Assembly (NCBI GenBank): GCA_048013815.1
Contig: CM106586.1
Location: 6,820,001 to 6,884,000 of the forward strand
DNA from: Setoptus koraiensis
Taxonomy: Eukaryota > Animalia > Arthropoda
Direction: 5' to 3'
DNA: 64,000 bases
The position numbers were made by a program, and so were the translations under genes. Positions 34,953 to 47,137 of this stretch are shown piece by piece. The notes beneath the pieces are model-generated. The model saw only the letters and a list, made by a program, of their open reading frames with translations. It did not search any database and was not told where the DNA came from. Numbering within the stretch: position 1 is the stretch's first letter; every line of letters starts with the position of its first letter.

Positions 34953-37166
34953 CGCACGGCGACACGAGGGCGCAGTCGGGCGTCGGGCCGGTCGGCGTCC
35001 GAACGGCCACGGGTTTTTGTCGTAATTAGACCTCGGGTCTGTGTGTATGTTTTGACGAGCTTGCAGCCAACTTTGAGCCGGCAACTCTGCGGGCGCGACA
35101 ACTAGCTCATTAGACACAAAAGCGACACACAAAAGCGGTCCAGATTTTGGCTTTTTCTCGGGCTCGGGGCCCCAAGCCCGAGAACGAACACGGCCCATTA
35201 AGAGTGGCGCACAGTAATTGAATTGAACACAATTTGGGTCACATTGGGGCCAGGCACGTATCGTCCATGTTTATATCAGGCGCATTGGATGGCATGGGAT
35301 CTGGGCGCCGGCATTTGAGTGCAGCTCAATAAAAGCGCCTCAGACTCTGAGCCTCAGAGTATATGCGGCAAATTTGCATAACTAATTTGCTATGGCCGAC
35401 TATGCTGTTATTGTAATATACTTATATATTCTATCGTTATATACGTTTGCTAAATATCCAGACAGCGGCCAGCAGATATGCCGCCCGAGATGCCCAGTCA
35501 GGTAGTGTGTCTATCTGGGCGGCCTCAAGTTGCTGCCTCTGTGACATCTAACAGAAACTAACTGAAATTGACCTCACTGGATGACGTTGCCGTCGGACCG
35601 ATTTAGTCCACTGACCGGCATCTGGACAGTGCCGGTCAGTCAACAAAATAATATATAATACTAATAATGTTACGTAACAAGCAAATTAAATCTCGGCTCC
35701 TCGTCACACACAAACGAACAAACAAACGACAATATATTTGTCAGCGTTCACTATATATATCTATCGTTGCGACTTGCAACGATATATACGGTGTATAGTG
35801 AAATATATATATATATACACAACTCAACAAACGAATATAGGCATTTCCTCTGGCTGGCCACCTATATGAGAAAACTTGTACGAATTGGTGCAACACATAA
35901 ACCGCACACACAAAGCCCCATATTGCAGGCCGACTGGCGGGCAAAAGTGGATATTGTTGTTATTATTATTAGGCGGGCCTAGGCGCCCAACGACGCCGAT
36001 CGCTATTAATATAAATTATTTCTTGCGCAATATTAAGATAAATAGGCCAACATCAAATTGGCTGCTGGGCGCTCTGATTGTTGTTGGCGTCACGGCCGCC
36101 AGGTGACGACAAGAGGAATTAGCCGAGTGGCAAAAGATAAATATATAATTATTAGTTTGTACAACAAACAGCACAAGTACCACAAGTGAGTGGTAAACAA
36201 GAGGCCCATGTATCGCTCTTTGTTTGTGGGCTCTCGCCAACTTTGCATAATCTGGCAAGCCGAGATACATTCTTGCACACGCTGACATTTGCTGTTTCGA
36301 GTGGCTCGACTCGTTGGCACGACAAGAAGCCAAAAATGGCTCCAGCGACGACCGAAATAACTGCGATTGTTGTGCCATTGCCAACTGTTTATCTATTCAT
36401 ATATTCATACTCTTTGCAGCATGTGACGAACTGGGGCGCCGACAGACAGCGAGCTCGAGAAAGTGTAAAACACACACAGCCAGAGCTCGAGAGAGAGGCC
36501 CAAGAAGTGCACAACGACTTGAAAACAACAAAAAAATGTTTGTTTGTGTTGGTCGGGCCCCGAGAGCCGGGTCAGCGGCGCTGATGCGCGAACGTCCGCC
36601 TAATAAAATTATCCGCCTGACAGGATCCGCTTGATACTGTTGCCGCGGTCGGGTAACTCTAGATTTGGTCGGGCGGGCCGCCGATCGGGCCGGGCCGGGC
36701 CGGGCCGAAACTGGGCCACCAAACAAACTGCTACATTGCTATTCGCGGCATGCATTCTATTTTGAATTTACAATTTTGCTGGCCGCGGCGGCCGTTCGCA
36801 ACACGCTTGCCAGCATGCGAGAATCTCGCAGCGAGCTGGCCGGCTCACCGGCTCGCGCGACCCGTGATTGGTTCGGTTGTGCCCATCAGGCTCACCGGGC
36901 CGCGGTCGGTCGGGCTTGTCCCGGCCGGGTGCGGATGCGACGAAGCGAGCCGCGGCGGAATCTCGTCTCACGCGGGCCCAATCGTCTGCTAATTGCGCAC
37001 ACATATCACATATTTCGCGCGTGTATCACATATATCACGTGTATCACATATGTGATATATGATGTATGCGATGTATCGCACTGATTTAGTCAGTCAGATG
37101 GACCCGACCAGAACAGCTGCAACAGCAAAAACGCTCTGGCGGTCGGGCCGCCAACTAAATATTTAC

Positions 37167-38587
37167 CTGGGTATTAGCGCGGCCAAATTATCTAAACTGT
37201 CCGCCAGATTCACACTACCCGGCGACAGGAGGCGCTGCTGGATGGGCGGCACTTGGCCACTATTGAGATGGTCGTGTATTACACTGGTGCTGGTGTGTCG
37301 CTTTTGAACATTGTAATTAACCTGACACTGTTGGCTTGCCAGCGTTAGCTTGCTGTTTAGCTTGTCGGCGCGAATCGCTTCGCAGTTGATCAATTTATCA
37401 CCGCCTGAGAGCGCCACCTTCACCTGGTGCGAGGCCGGGTCTTGCGAGACGACTGTTGAGCTGACTACAATTGGACTGTTGTTGTTGTTGTTGTTGGCGA
37501 TAAATTGCTGTTGCTGTTGCGTTGGCGCGGGCGTCGTTGGCGTGGGCGGTTGGCACACGACAATGGTGGGCTTGTTGCTGCTGTTGTTGTTGTGGTTGTT
37601 GTGGTTGTTGTTGTGGTTGTGGTTGGACATTATGCTAATCATGTCGTCGCCGCCGTCCACGTCCATGGGCACGATTGTGCACGAGTCGGTGCGCAATATG
37701 GTGACCAGCGGCAATTTCGACTGCTGTTGGCCTGTTGTTGCATTTGTTGCGGAGCTGCTGCTGCTGGCCATTTTGTTTGGCTTGTCGTGTGCAGCAAAAC
37801 TGTTGCTGGCTGCCGCCGCGCCACCATTTCGGGCGGTGCTGCCGGTCTGTCGGGCCGGCTGCGGGCCGGCTTTGGCTATGTCGGGCGGACTGGACAGCAG
37901 GGGCGGCGGTCTGTTGTGGTGCGGCGGCTTGTTGCGGTTCTTGGTGCGCGTCTCTAGGTTTTTGTCGTCGTCGCTCTGTTGAACATCGTAATAATATTGC
38001 TGATCGTTCATATCGTCATTATAGAGTAAATTAAAATCGTCGCTAGTGCAATTGGCCGAGCCGCAAACGCAACTAATGGTGGGCGCGTCGAAATTTGAGT
38101 TTGCGGCGCAATCGCATTGCGGGCAATTTTCGCATTCGGGCCCGCCGCCGCCGCCACTACTTACGATGGGCTGGAGCGCGTTGTGCGAGTGCCGCGGTAC
38201 GGCCGATATGTCGCCCGATTGCTGTTGTTGTTGCTGCTGTTGTTGTTGTTGGTGATGAGTGAGGGCAATCAGTGATCTATGTTGGCACGACGAGCACAAT
38301 AGGTTGTTTGTTTGCGAGCAAGTGGACAGTCGCTTGTGAGTGGCCCGATTCAAATACGACGAGCTCGTTGACGTAATCGACGACGAGCGGCGGTTGTTGT
38401 GCACCACGGGATAGTGTTGCTGTTGGTCCGACGAGCAGCTCCTGTCGAAATGCTGGCATTCGGCCTGTTGTTGTTGCTGCTGGGCCCCGCTCAGCGATAT
38501 GTTGCCCACCGATTGTCGCGAGTCACTGCTAGAGCGGCGCCTATTTTGCTCCACTTTTCTGATGCGAAAAAACCACAAATTGCTCAT
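37167..38587 (-). CDS. Slo2: Slo2 exon 1 (473-codon Gln/Asn/Ser-rich cytoplasmic N-terminus)
   Basis: The 474-aa ORF ends at CCC AG|gtaaat, phase 2, which joins the A of exon 2 to give PRVRVEF. Low-complexity style matches the other Slo2 loops. No homology anchor within this exon, so confidence is lower. Confidence 0.72.
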
Positions 38588-38641
38588 GTCCCCACTGCTC
38601 GTCGCTTCGTCGTCCGGCCAACTTCGTCCTCTGGCCTAGAC

Positions 38642-38752
38642 TAACTGTTTAGGCGGCCCACTGTTGTGCAACTATTTGGGCGGCCCGCTGTTATGCAACT
38701 GTTTAGGCGGCCCGCTGTTTATCCGGCCCGCTGTTTATCCGGCCCGCTGTTT
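38642..38752. repeat. Degenerate tandem repeat built on GGCCCGCTGTT / TTATCCGGCCCGCTG units
   Basis: Read directly; immediately upstream of Slo2 exon 1. Confidence 0.75.
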
Positions 38753-39738
38753 GTTGTTTGCGCGGTTGGGCAATTTGAGTTTGGGGCGACGGCCGCCCGC
38801 ACCAGCACCACCTATTGCGCAACAAGCGCAAATCGCGTCAACCACCGCCGAGCCGCCGATTATGCCTCTGGCTCACGTCTGGCGCTTATCTCAAAAGCTC
38901 GCTGATGATAACGACACTGATGGCTCTTGTTTGTATTGTTACGTGTTAGGCGGGCATATATTATTATTGTTATTTCGACTAAATCGGCACTAATTTTTTG
39001 AGTGAATCGTTCGCGAGCGCCAGCATGCGCGGCATGATTTAATTATCTGTCGCCGTGGCGGAGTGCGTATAGCGACTTTCGCGCTCTCTATCTCTCTCTC
39101 TGGCGCTCTCGTCGGCGCTCTCTCTCTCCCTGTCGCTCTCGGACAATTGCGCAATGTTTGGTGCTTCGCAATTGTTCGGTGGGTCTCAAATGGGCAATTT
39201 ACAACGCGCTGATTTAATGATATAATTAATGATATGCGCCAGGCGGCGGCTGCTGCGTCTGGCGGCCAGTTGTCAGATGCTGGCGGGCCGGTCGCTGCAA
39301 AGTGACGTCAACTGTCAACGCCGACTGACAGATGGGTCAGCTGACGCGCGGGTGACACACGCCAACGGGGAGCATATTTTTTAAATTGACAATGGCTGTT
39401 GTCTGCACTGTTGTTGTTGTTGTTTTAGACGCCTCTCTATTTGGCTGTCGTATTGTGTTTCGTTGTTTTGTTTGTTTTGTGGTTTGTTGTTTGCTTCGTT
39501 TCGCTTCTTTTGCGCTTCTTTTTGCTGCTTTCGGCTCTTTTCGGCTCTTTTCGCTTGCGTGAGCTGGCACGCGAAACGGGCAAACAAAACAATTGCCTAT
39601 TTCGAGTGACTTGTTGTGCTGACTGCGGCTAGCTCGGCGACGACGGGCCGGCGATTAGGCGGGCGGTGCGGACGATTATTTGATTTGCGCCCGTTGGGGC
39701 CAATGTGGGCCAGTTGGCAGCACCTGGTGTCGGTTTGG

Positions 39739-39845
39739 GGCGACACAATTTGCCAGTTGCGGCGACACAATTTGCCAGTTGTGGCGACACTGATGCGGCG
39801 CGGCTAATTTGCCAGTTATCGCGACACTGACGCGGCTAATTTTGC
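39739..39845. repeat. 22-bp tandem repeat (GGCGACACAATTTGCCAGTTGC) x2 plus rearranged derivatives
   Basis: Read directly. Confidence 0.8.
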
Positions 39846-41253
39846 ACTGGCGGCTCAACGGTATCACAATGGTCGCTTGATTGGGCTGTGATTTATCGCT
39901 GTTATCGGCTATTTATTGTTTGTTGATCACTTGTCGTCGCTTGCTGTCGAAATGAGCGTAATAGCAGCGCAAACACGGGACGGCCACTCGGCGAGGGGCA
40001 CAGATTGCGTTTGTTTGACGGATCGCAGATTGCCGCTGCTGCTGCTGCCGGCCGACGTAGCGCCAGACATAGAGGGCGCGCATATAGAGCTATGCGATAT
40101 ATAGCGATATGTGTTATGCTGGCCAGTCGCTAGCTGGGGCGCCCGCGCAGCCGGGCCGCACAGTGGCCAGATTGATAAGATTAATAGGATTCATCTCAGA
40201 CGGGACGACGCGACGAGAATCGGTCGGTTTGATTATAAACAGACTCGGTGTTTGCATTGCGCGCTCGCCGCCGACCGACGCGCCAACCGACGCCGCCGCC
40301 GACGACGTTCGAGAGGGCGCAAAGGGGCCCGCGCGCCGATCGCTTCTGTGCGCTACGTGTCGCCGCGTGTCGAACCGGTTTGAGTGGGCGCTCGCGCCCG
40401 CGCCCGCGCCAGACCCACACAAGAAGCCGGCAAAAAAGCTTGCCGCGCCGCTCGCCGTCGGGCCCGCGAACAACGGTGTGCTGGCTGGCTGGCTGGCGGC
40501 CGGGCCGCGCGGGTCCACTGCGCAGGCACGCGCTCCCCGGCCGCTATCGGGCGCTCACAATCAATTGTCGTCCATCAAGCCAGCACACTCACTGTTAATG
40601 CACCGTCGGTAGGCACTCTCGCGGCCAGTGTCTGACGTTAAATTTGGCTCGGCTGGCCGGCCGGCGCCGCGCCACCGAGACGGCCCCGCAAACGAGACAA
40701 ACGAAGGGGCGCACAAAAGTGCGGCCAGTCCGCCGCGGACTCGCCGCGCATTATGCGCTACTTGCGATTGCACGTCGCGCGCGCCCAGCCACAAGCCACT
40801 TTAGCGACAAATTTAGCAACAATCTGGCCTCGAAACGGGGCCCCAAAGCGATTCGGGTCCCGTCTGTCGCACAACAAAAACGCCGGCCAGCGCGTTGCAA
40901 AGGCCGGCCCGTCACAAAGGCCGGTCAGCGCGTCGCAAGGACCGGCCAGACAAACTGGCACGGTGGGCCATTTTGTATCCGGCCACGCTAAGTGAAGCGC
41001 ACGACCGCGCAACTTTGAGCGCCGCTTATCACATTTGGCCAGGCTCAACGGTTGACCGGCCCGCCGCTGGTGCCGCCCCGCCAGACATAGTTGGCCGACT
41101 GGGTAGCCCGGACGGATCGGGTTTTGTGGCGAACGGTGAGAACGTTTGAAAATCAGACACTAAAAGTTTGTATTGTACAGTGCACGAATCACATTCAATG
41201 CCTTTTGTCAATTTACCCGAGGGCGTGTCCGCTCGAAGCGCCCTTCAATGGTG

Positions 41254-41370
41254 AACCGGGTGGGCCGAGCAAGCCGGGTAAACCGCGTAAGCCGGGCAAG
41301 TCGGGTAAGCCGGCTGAACCGCGTAAGCCGGGCAAGTCGGGTAAGCCGGCTGAACCGCGTAAGCCGGGGC
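41254..41370. repeat. 9-bp unit array x13 with a 36-bp higher-order repeat (AACCGCGTA AGCCGGGCA AGTCGGGTA AGCCGGCTG)
   Basis: Parsed unit by unit. Confidence 0.92.
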
Positions 41371-43039
41371 ACCCGGTCGATCGTTGAACTGTGGCAGGGG
41401 GGCAGTTGAAATGTTTGGCGCGGCGCGGCGCGAATCGTTTTGTCGGCCACAATTTGTCAGTGACAGTTTGTCAGTATTTACATGTAATAAAGTATTTGAT
41501 AACTCGTTCTGGTTGCCGTTTGTTGTCCGTTGATCCATTAATTACAGGTTATTGGTTGTTAGTTATGGCCGCGTGGCGCACAAATAACCTGTTAGGTAAC
41601 CGGTTATCGATTGTGCCGGATCGGAGCGAATAAGCGACGGTCTGCGTGGGGCCCACCAGCGCCAACGATCGTATGTAACTTACATAATGTAGGCATGGCA
41701 CGAGCGTCAGACTCGGGTCGGCGAATGGGGCCCCGCAACTCGCTGGCTCGCATTGGTTGCAAATCATGTTACAAATCAATTTACAGAGAACATATATGCT
41801 TATATGTGTTCCCGTGAACATATAGGCATGTAAATACCTATATGGCCTGTGTCTGGGACTGGGGCCCGCGAGCGGCCGACTGGCCGACGCGGCTGCACGC
41901 GCTGCTAGCTCGGTGGGCTTTGTTTGCGCCAGTGGCTCCCCCAGCCGGCGTGGGCCACTCAAATGGGTGAGCCAGCCCACAACAAATGCGGCTAGTGAGT
42001 GTAAAATTTCGTGTTGCAAATTTCGTGCCAGGCAGCTTGCGAACGGCAACCAGCCTGGCGGATAATCAGTGAAGCTTGAAGTTCTTCGTTGAAGCTCTCC
42101 GCGGGCGCCTCGGCGGGCCCCTCGGCGGGCCCCTCTGCGGGCCTCTCTGCCGGCCAGCGAACCGGGCAATGAGACCAGCGAGAGCGGCGGGCAACCAGAG
42201 CAAATATACGGCCTTGGCACGCGGCTATTCGGGGCTGTTTGGGGCTATTTGGGGCCGACTTGGTGCATACACGCACCGCTATACATACCGCGGGATATGC
42301 TCGCTATATGCGCTGTTTATCCGACTGAATGCATAAGCTGTACGAATTAATGCTGTATAATGTACCTTTTATATGCTGTACCTGTGCTGGACACAAACAA
42401 TAATGCACTTGTCGTGGCTACCTGTGCGGCCACCACTGTTTGCACTAATAATGGTGATACTGATAGCGGCTCGCAGCGCATTATTAGCGTATTGCACTGT
42501 ATTATTATCGTTGTTGTTGTTATTACGGTCAGCAGTATTATCGTGCATGATTGGCAGCTGATTAACAACTGGCTTACCTCACTCTCTGCCAGCCAGAGAT
42601 CTAGCCATTCTCCGGCCATTCTCTGGCCATTCTCTGGCAAGCTCGTTGGCCCCAACTGCAGAGAACGTCTGACTGCCGAGGCGCAGTCATGACCACACAA
42701 AACCACTGAATATCAAATTGTATGATGACAGCAATACCATTAATATCAATATTAATATCACTATTGTTGCTGCTGCTGTTGCGCAATCTGCATGCCGCGC
42801 GCGCTCAATGCCAACCGGAAATAGACGCAACCTCATTGTATATAACTGGTCAATACAACTTGTATTATACAAGTCAATGCTGCAATTTGTAGCCCACAAA
42901 TATAGTTCCTTTTAAGCACACCAGGGCGACAGTGCAAGCAAATACATTGCAGCTGATATGGCTGGTGCAACTAACCAACAGCAATTACTGCCTGTTTGTT
43001 TTGCCCGTTAATTATGTTAGCAGGTGAAATTGTATTTGC

Positions 43040-43040
<1 letters not shown>

Positions 43041-43102
<62 letters not shown>
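43041..43102. repeat. (AC)31 perfect microsatellite
   Basis: Read directly. Confidence 0.97.
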
Positions 43103-43105
<3 letters not shown>

Positions 43106-44695
43106 CTTGTATTGTATAATAACTTTTATCCGCTAACTGACTTTTTGCATACAATAAGTTACACAAGCTTATACAGGTCTTACGTAACAAGCCTCGTATC
43201 GTATGCACACCATATACCAATATCAATATCGCACTGGCCCCATTTAGCACGTTGCACGTGCAACGCAACACAAAATAACACACCTGTCATGCCACCTTAT
43301 CCTCTGCAAATATTCTGCCCGACACTGCAACACAATTTAGTGTTTGCTGCAACACAATTTGGTATTTGTTGCGACAAACACACACCACAATACCAAATGC
43401 CCACTACCTGTGAAATGCCCAAGTTGCTGTGTAAATCACAGTCGCTATCAATCAAAATGCTGTCGCTATCAATGGCAACTTTGCACCAAATCTCTTGTGT
43501 CGCTCATTGTTGCATAACATTGCACACAATTTTCACCTAATATACCTAATAATCAAATACCCGATATGGGTATTTCAAATACCATATTTGACCCCTTATG
43601 GACTGCATAATATTGAGTCATGACTCATGACGAACCCTTGTACCCTCGCGCCCTTGTTACCTTGCGGTTGCGCCATAATCTCAGGCGGCTCGAGTCACGG
43701 GGTAACAATATAATATATAATATTAGTTTCGAGGCTCACCTTCACAATACCCCAACTGTGCTCGCGACCATATGAACTTGAGCCCTTCTCCGTGCCCGAA
43801 ACGAGCACTCTGTCACCCCAATACTCTGCTCCATTGCCCGAATACTCCAATCCCCCCAGATATCCGTTGGCCCATAAAGTCCCCATGGGAACTTTGGGGG
43901 CCTTTCAGCTTTCACGCCTTCTTCACCCCTTTTCGCCCCTTTTGCACCCTTTTTCACGCACCAGCGTGCTCGCGGGTAGCGGGCGACTGAAGCTTGCGCA
44001 TTGTTTGTCGTGGCTGTTGGCTATGAATAACTCGACAAAACAAAGCGCTGAAAGATTGATTAATTGGCGCATAATTGTTTGTTCGTTGTGTGGGGCGCGC
44101 GGCCCCAAAGCTGAACCAACCAACATTTTGTGCGCAAACTTGTTGTTGCCCCTCTGTGCGAATCTGTCCTTATATAACACTTACGTAATACTGCGTGAGT
44201 CACGTGTGTAAGTCACGGCAGTGCAATGGTCAGCGCGCCCGCGATCACAAGTGGGTGCGATATAAATAATGTCAACATTGCAACTATGTGGTTTGTGTGT
44301 GCACTGAGCTGATAAGATATATTGAGCACCGCTGGCGGCATTAGCGGGAGTGGCCCGACAAGTGCGCCCAATTGCGCGACAGTGCGGACGCTGCGGGCGC
44401 CGCGGACACTGCGGACTCTGCGGACTCGGCTGGCCCATTTATCAGCGACGGGCCTCAGCAATGGGCTGACCACTGCTGAACAACAAATATGCCGCGTAAG
44501 TGTTTGGCCGTACAGTGCAGTCACATGAACGGTTATGTAACTGTATAACTGTTTTGTTGATGGTGGATGCAGTGTTGCAGAAAGTAGCGGGACTTTTGCG
44601 TCGAGCGGCGCACTTGTTTACATTGTGCACAGTCTAATGAATGGGCGACATTGTTGTTGAAAATAATCATCACCACCACCACAACCACTGGCCAG

Positions 44696-45275
44696 GCTGT
44701 TGCCGTTGTTGCACTTTCAATTGCAGTTGTTGCTGTCGTTGTTGTTGTTGCCGCTGTTGCCGTTGTCGCTGTTGCTGTTGTTGCCGTTGTTGTCGCTGCT
44801 GCCGGCCCGAGTCGGCAATTGTCCGCCCGTTGCCCCGTCGCGTGTTACGCAATCATTTTTTCTCTCGGCCACTATTGTATCAGCTGGCTGAGAGTTGACA
44901 ACGCAACGCCAACAGCCGAGCTCACATGGACTCTATGAAAACCGCATTAAGCCGGCCCCTGACACCGCGGCCCAGCGAGCCGCTTTAGAGAGAACGGGCC
45001 CCACCAGAGGCGCCCCTCGCGTCAGCAAAGTCCACTGTGCACTTTGCAGCGTCATCACTGTCAGCAAAGTGTTGCCGGCAAGGCGCTAATAAGTGACTCG
45101 GTCTGCCATTTATCTGCTCGCCACTGGCCGTTATGGTGGTCATCGTTGCTGTTGTCGGTTGTTGTTGTCGGTTGCTGTTGTCGGTTGTTGCTGTCGGTTG
45201 TTGCTGTTGTTACAGCGGTTATAGTTGGTGTTGTTGCTGGTTGTTGTTGTTGGTTGTAGTTGTTGGCTGTTGCTG
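44696..45275. repeat. Two compound (GTT/GCT/GTC)n tracts (about 44696-44799 and 45144-45275)
   Basis: Read directly; boundaries approximate. Confidence 0.85.
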
Positions 45276-47104
45276 GCTGTGATGGGCCGATATCGTTTGG
45301 GCTGGCGTCGGTTTTGCCATTGATTGCCGTCGATGAGCCGACTTGGCTCATATGAGAGGCCGGCTAGCCTCTCATTTTGGCCGGTCGGCGCTGTCGGATT
45401 CCCTGGAGCATGAATCATTCTCTCACTGGCTCTATTCTTATCTGCTCTTCGTTTGGCCATCGTTTCAAGTTAACTCACAGTGAGGGAGTTATCCGCGCAA
45501 CAGCAACAACAGCAACGACAGCACCAACAGCAACGAGAAGTAGTCACAAGAAACGATTAACACAACTATTGTATCCAGCAAGCCAACATTCATTCTGCTG
45601 CCGCCAACGCCACAATATAACTTATCTCTCTAAGCTGCACACACTCGCACTTGACCCAGCCAGTTGGGGCGCCCGGCCGGCGGCTTGTCATTGCGATTGG
45701 GGCCCCGTTGGCGGGGCCCCAATCGCCCAAGTGCTGGCTCGCTTCGGCTGCAAAACCAACGCAGCCAAAGCCTCAAAGCAGCCCCAGCAGCCAACGGGGC
45801 GTCGGAAGTCGGCAAGCCGGAGCAGCAGCATCACAGTTATTGAACGGTGCCTCTTTGGGGCCTCTTTGCGGCCTCTTTGGGGCCCTTCGCTCCGTGCCCC
45901 GTTGTCCGCGGCCCCTTGCTCGGCCCGCCTTGCTTGGTTGGCGAGCGAGCCCGCTCGGTCAGCTGAGCTCAAGGCTCGTCGCTGGCCGCTCGCTGGCCCG
46001 ATTTGGGCCAGCGGTCTGTTGCAGCCCACTAATAGTGGCCGCTGGCCCACAACACGGCCAAAATAACCGATAAACGTTGTCATTTTTTCGCAGCTCGCCC
46101 CATACATTTTTGCAAGTCGGCCCCGATGCGCACTTGCTGTACCATACAGCAGCATACGACAGTATCCAGCGGAAGTGCGCGCCTATCCCAGTGATAGTAT
46201 CACTGTCGTCTATGGTAAGTGGAAGCGACCGCTAGATGGCCAAGTTTAATTTGTCGAGCCGGCCGGCTCTCGCTCGTGCTCTTGTTGCGGCATCTCTGTT
46301 TCGCTGTCCATCTCTCACGTTACATAACTGCGCCTCTCTCTTATGATCGCCACACATCAGCTAGCTACGAGCGATGGTCCCAGTGGCGGCTCGATATTTC
46401 TGGCAGCCACTGTAAGTAAGTGCGATATTTGCGATTTAGTCATGTTAGTGACCGACTCAGCCGCCCGTTGCCGGACGGCTCCGCCTCTTGTCAAGCGACC
46501 GCCCGAGCGGCGCAAACGGGACGATCGGGCGCCGGCGGCAGCGGGCCATCGGGTTACGAACTGACCGGGCCGGGGGAAAAAAGTGTCGCGCCGGCACAAC
46601 TGCGGCCAACCAAACCAAACGCGTAACACAACTGGCCAAATGGCCAGTAACACGACCGGCCGTGGGCAAGACAGATTTACGGTAATGTTGTTTGCGGAAT
46701 CACTAAGCAGAGTCATTGCAACTTATTGAATTTATTGGATTAGTTTGTCAGTTATCCGGCTGTTATGTTATTAGCTGGCGGGCGCCATCGAGGGGCCGCT
46801 ACTAGGCGGTCAGTCGATGGCACACCGAAATTCCGGTTGCCAGTGTCAGTGGCCGTGTCAGCTGAGCGATGTCAAACTGCGTGCGCTTGTCGACTGCAAG
46901 CACGTGGCACACGCCTATTACATAATCGATGGTCATTTCTCTATTATGCAGCCACGGCGTGTAGCGAGGTGAGCGAGTGCTCAGGTGAGCGGTAAGTGGG
47001 GCCTGATTGACACCAGCCAGCCCACTTCGCATATGTGTTATGACTGGACATTAGCAGACACGCGGTCGCTCACAAACACACATTGTGCATTACCGTCATA
47101 TCAC

Positions 47105-47137
47105 CGTTACGTAACCGTTACGTAACCGTTACGTAAC
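47105..47137. repeat. (CGTTACGTAAC)x3 tandem of a palindromic TTACGTAA word
   Basis: Three perfect 11-bp copies. Confidence 0.95.

Larger units (their letters stand above)
18140..38587 (-). other. Slo2: Slo2/KCNT potassium channel gene span: 14 coding exons, 2,070 aa predicted
   Basis: All 13 introns are GT-AG with matching phases; exon lengths sum to 6,213 nt = 2,071 codons including the stop. Contains S1-S6, pore TFSTVGYGD, RCK1 and RCK2. Confidence 0.92.
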
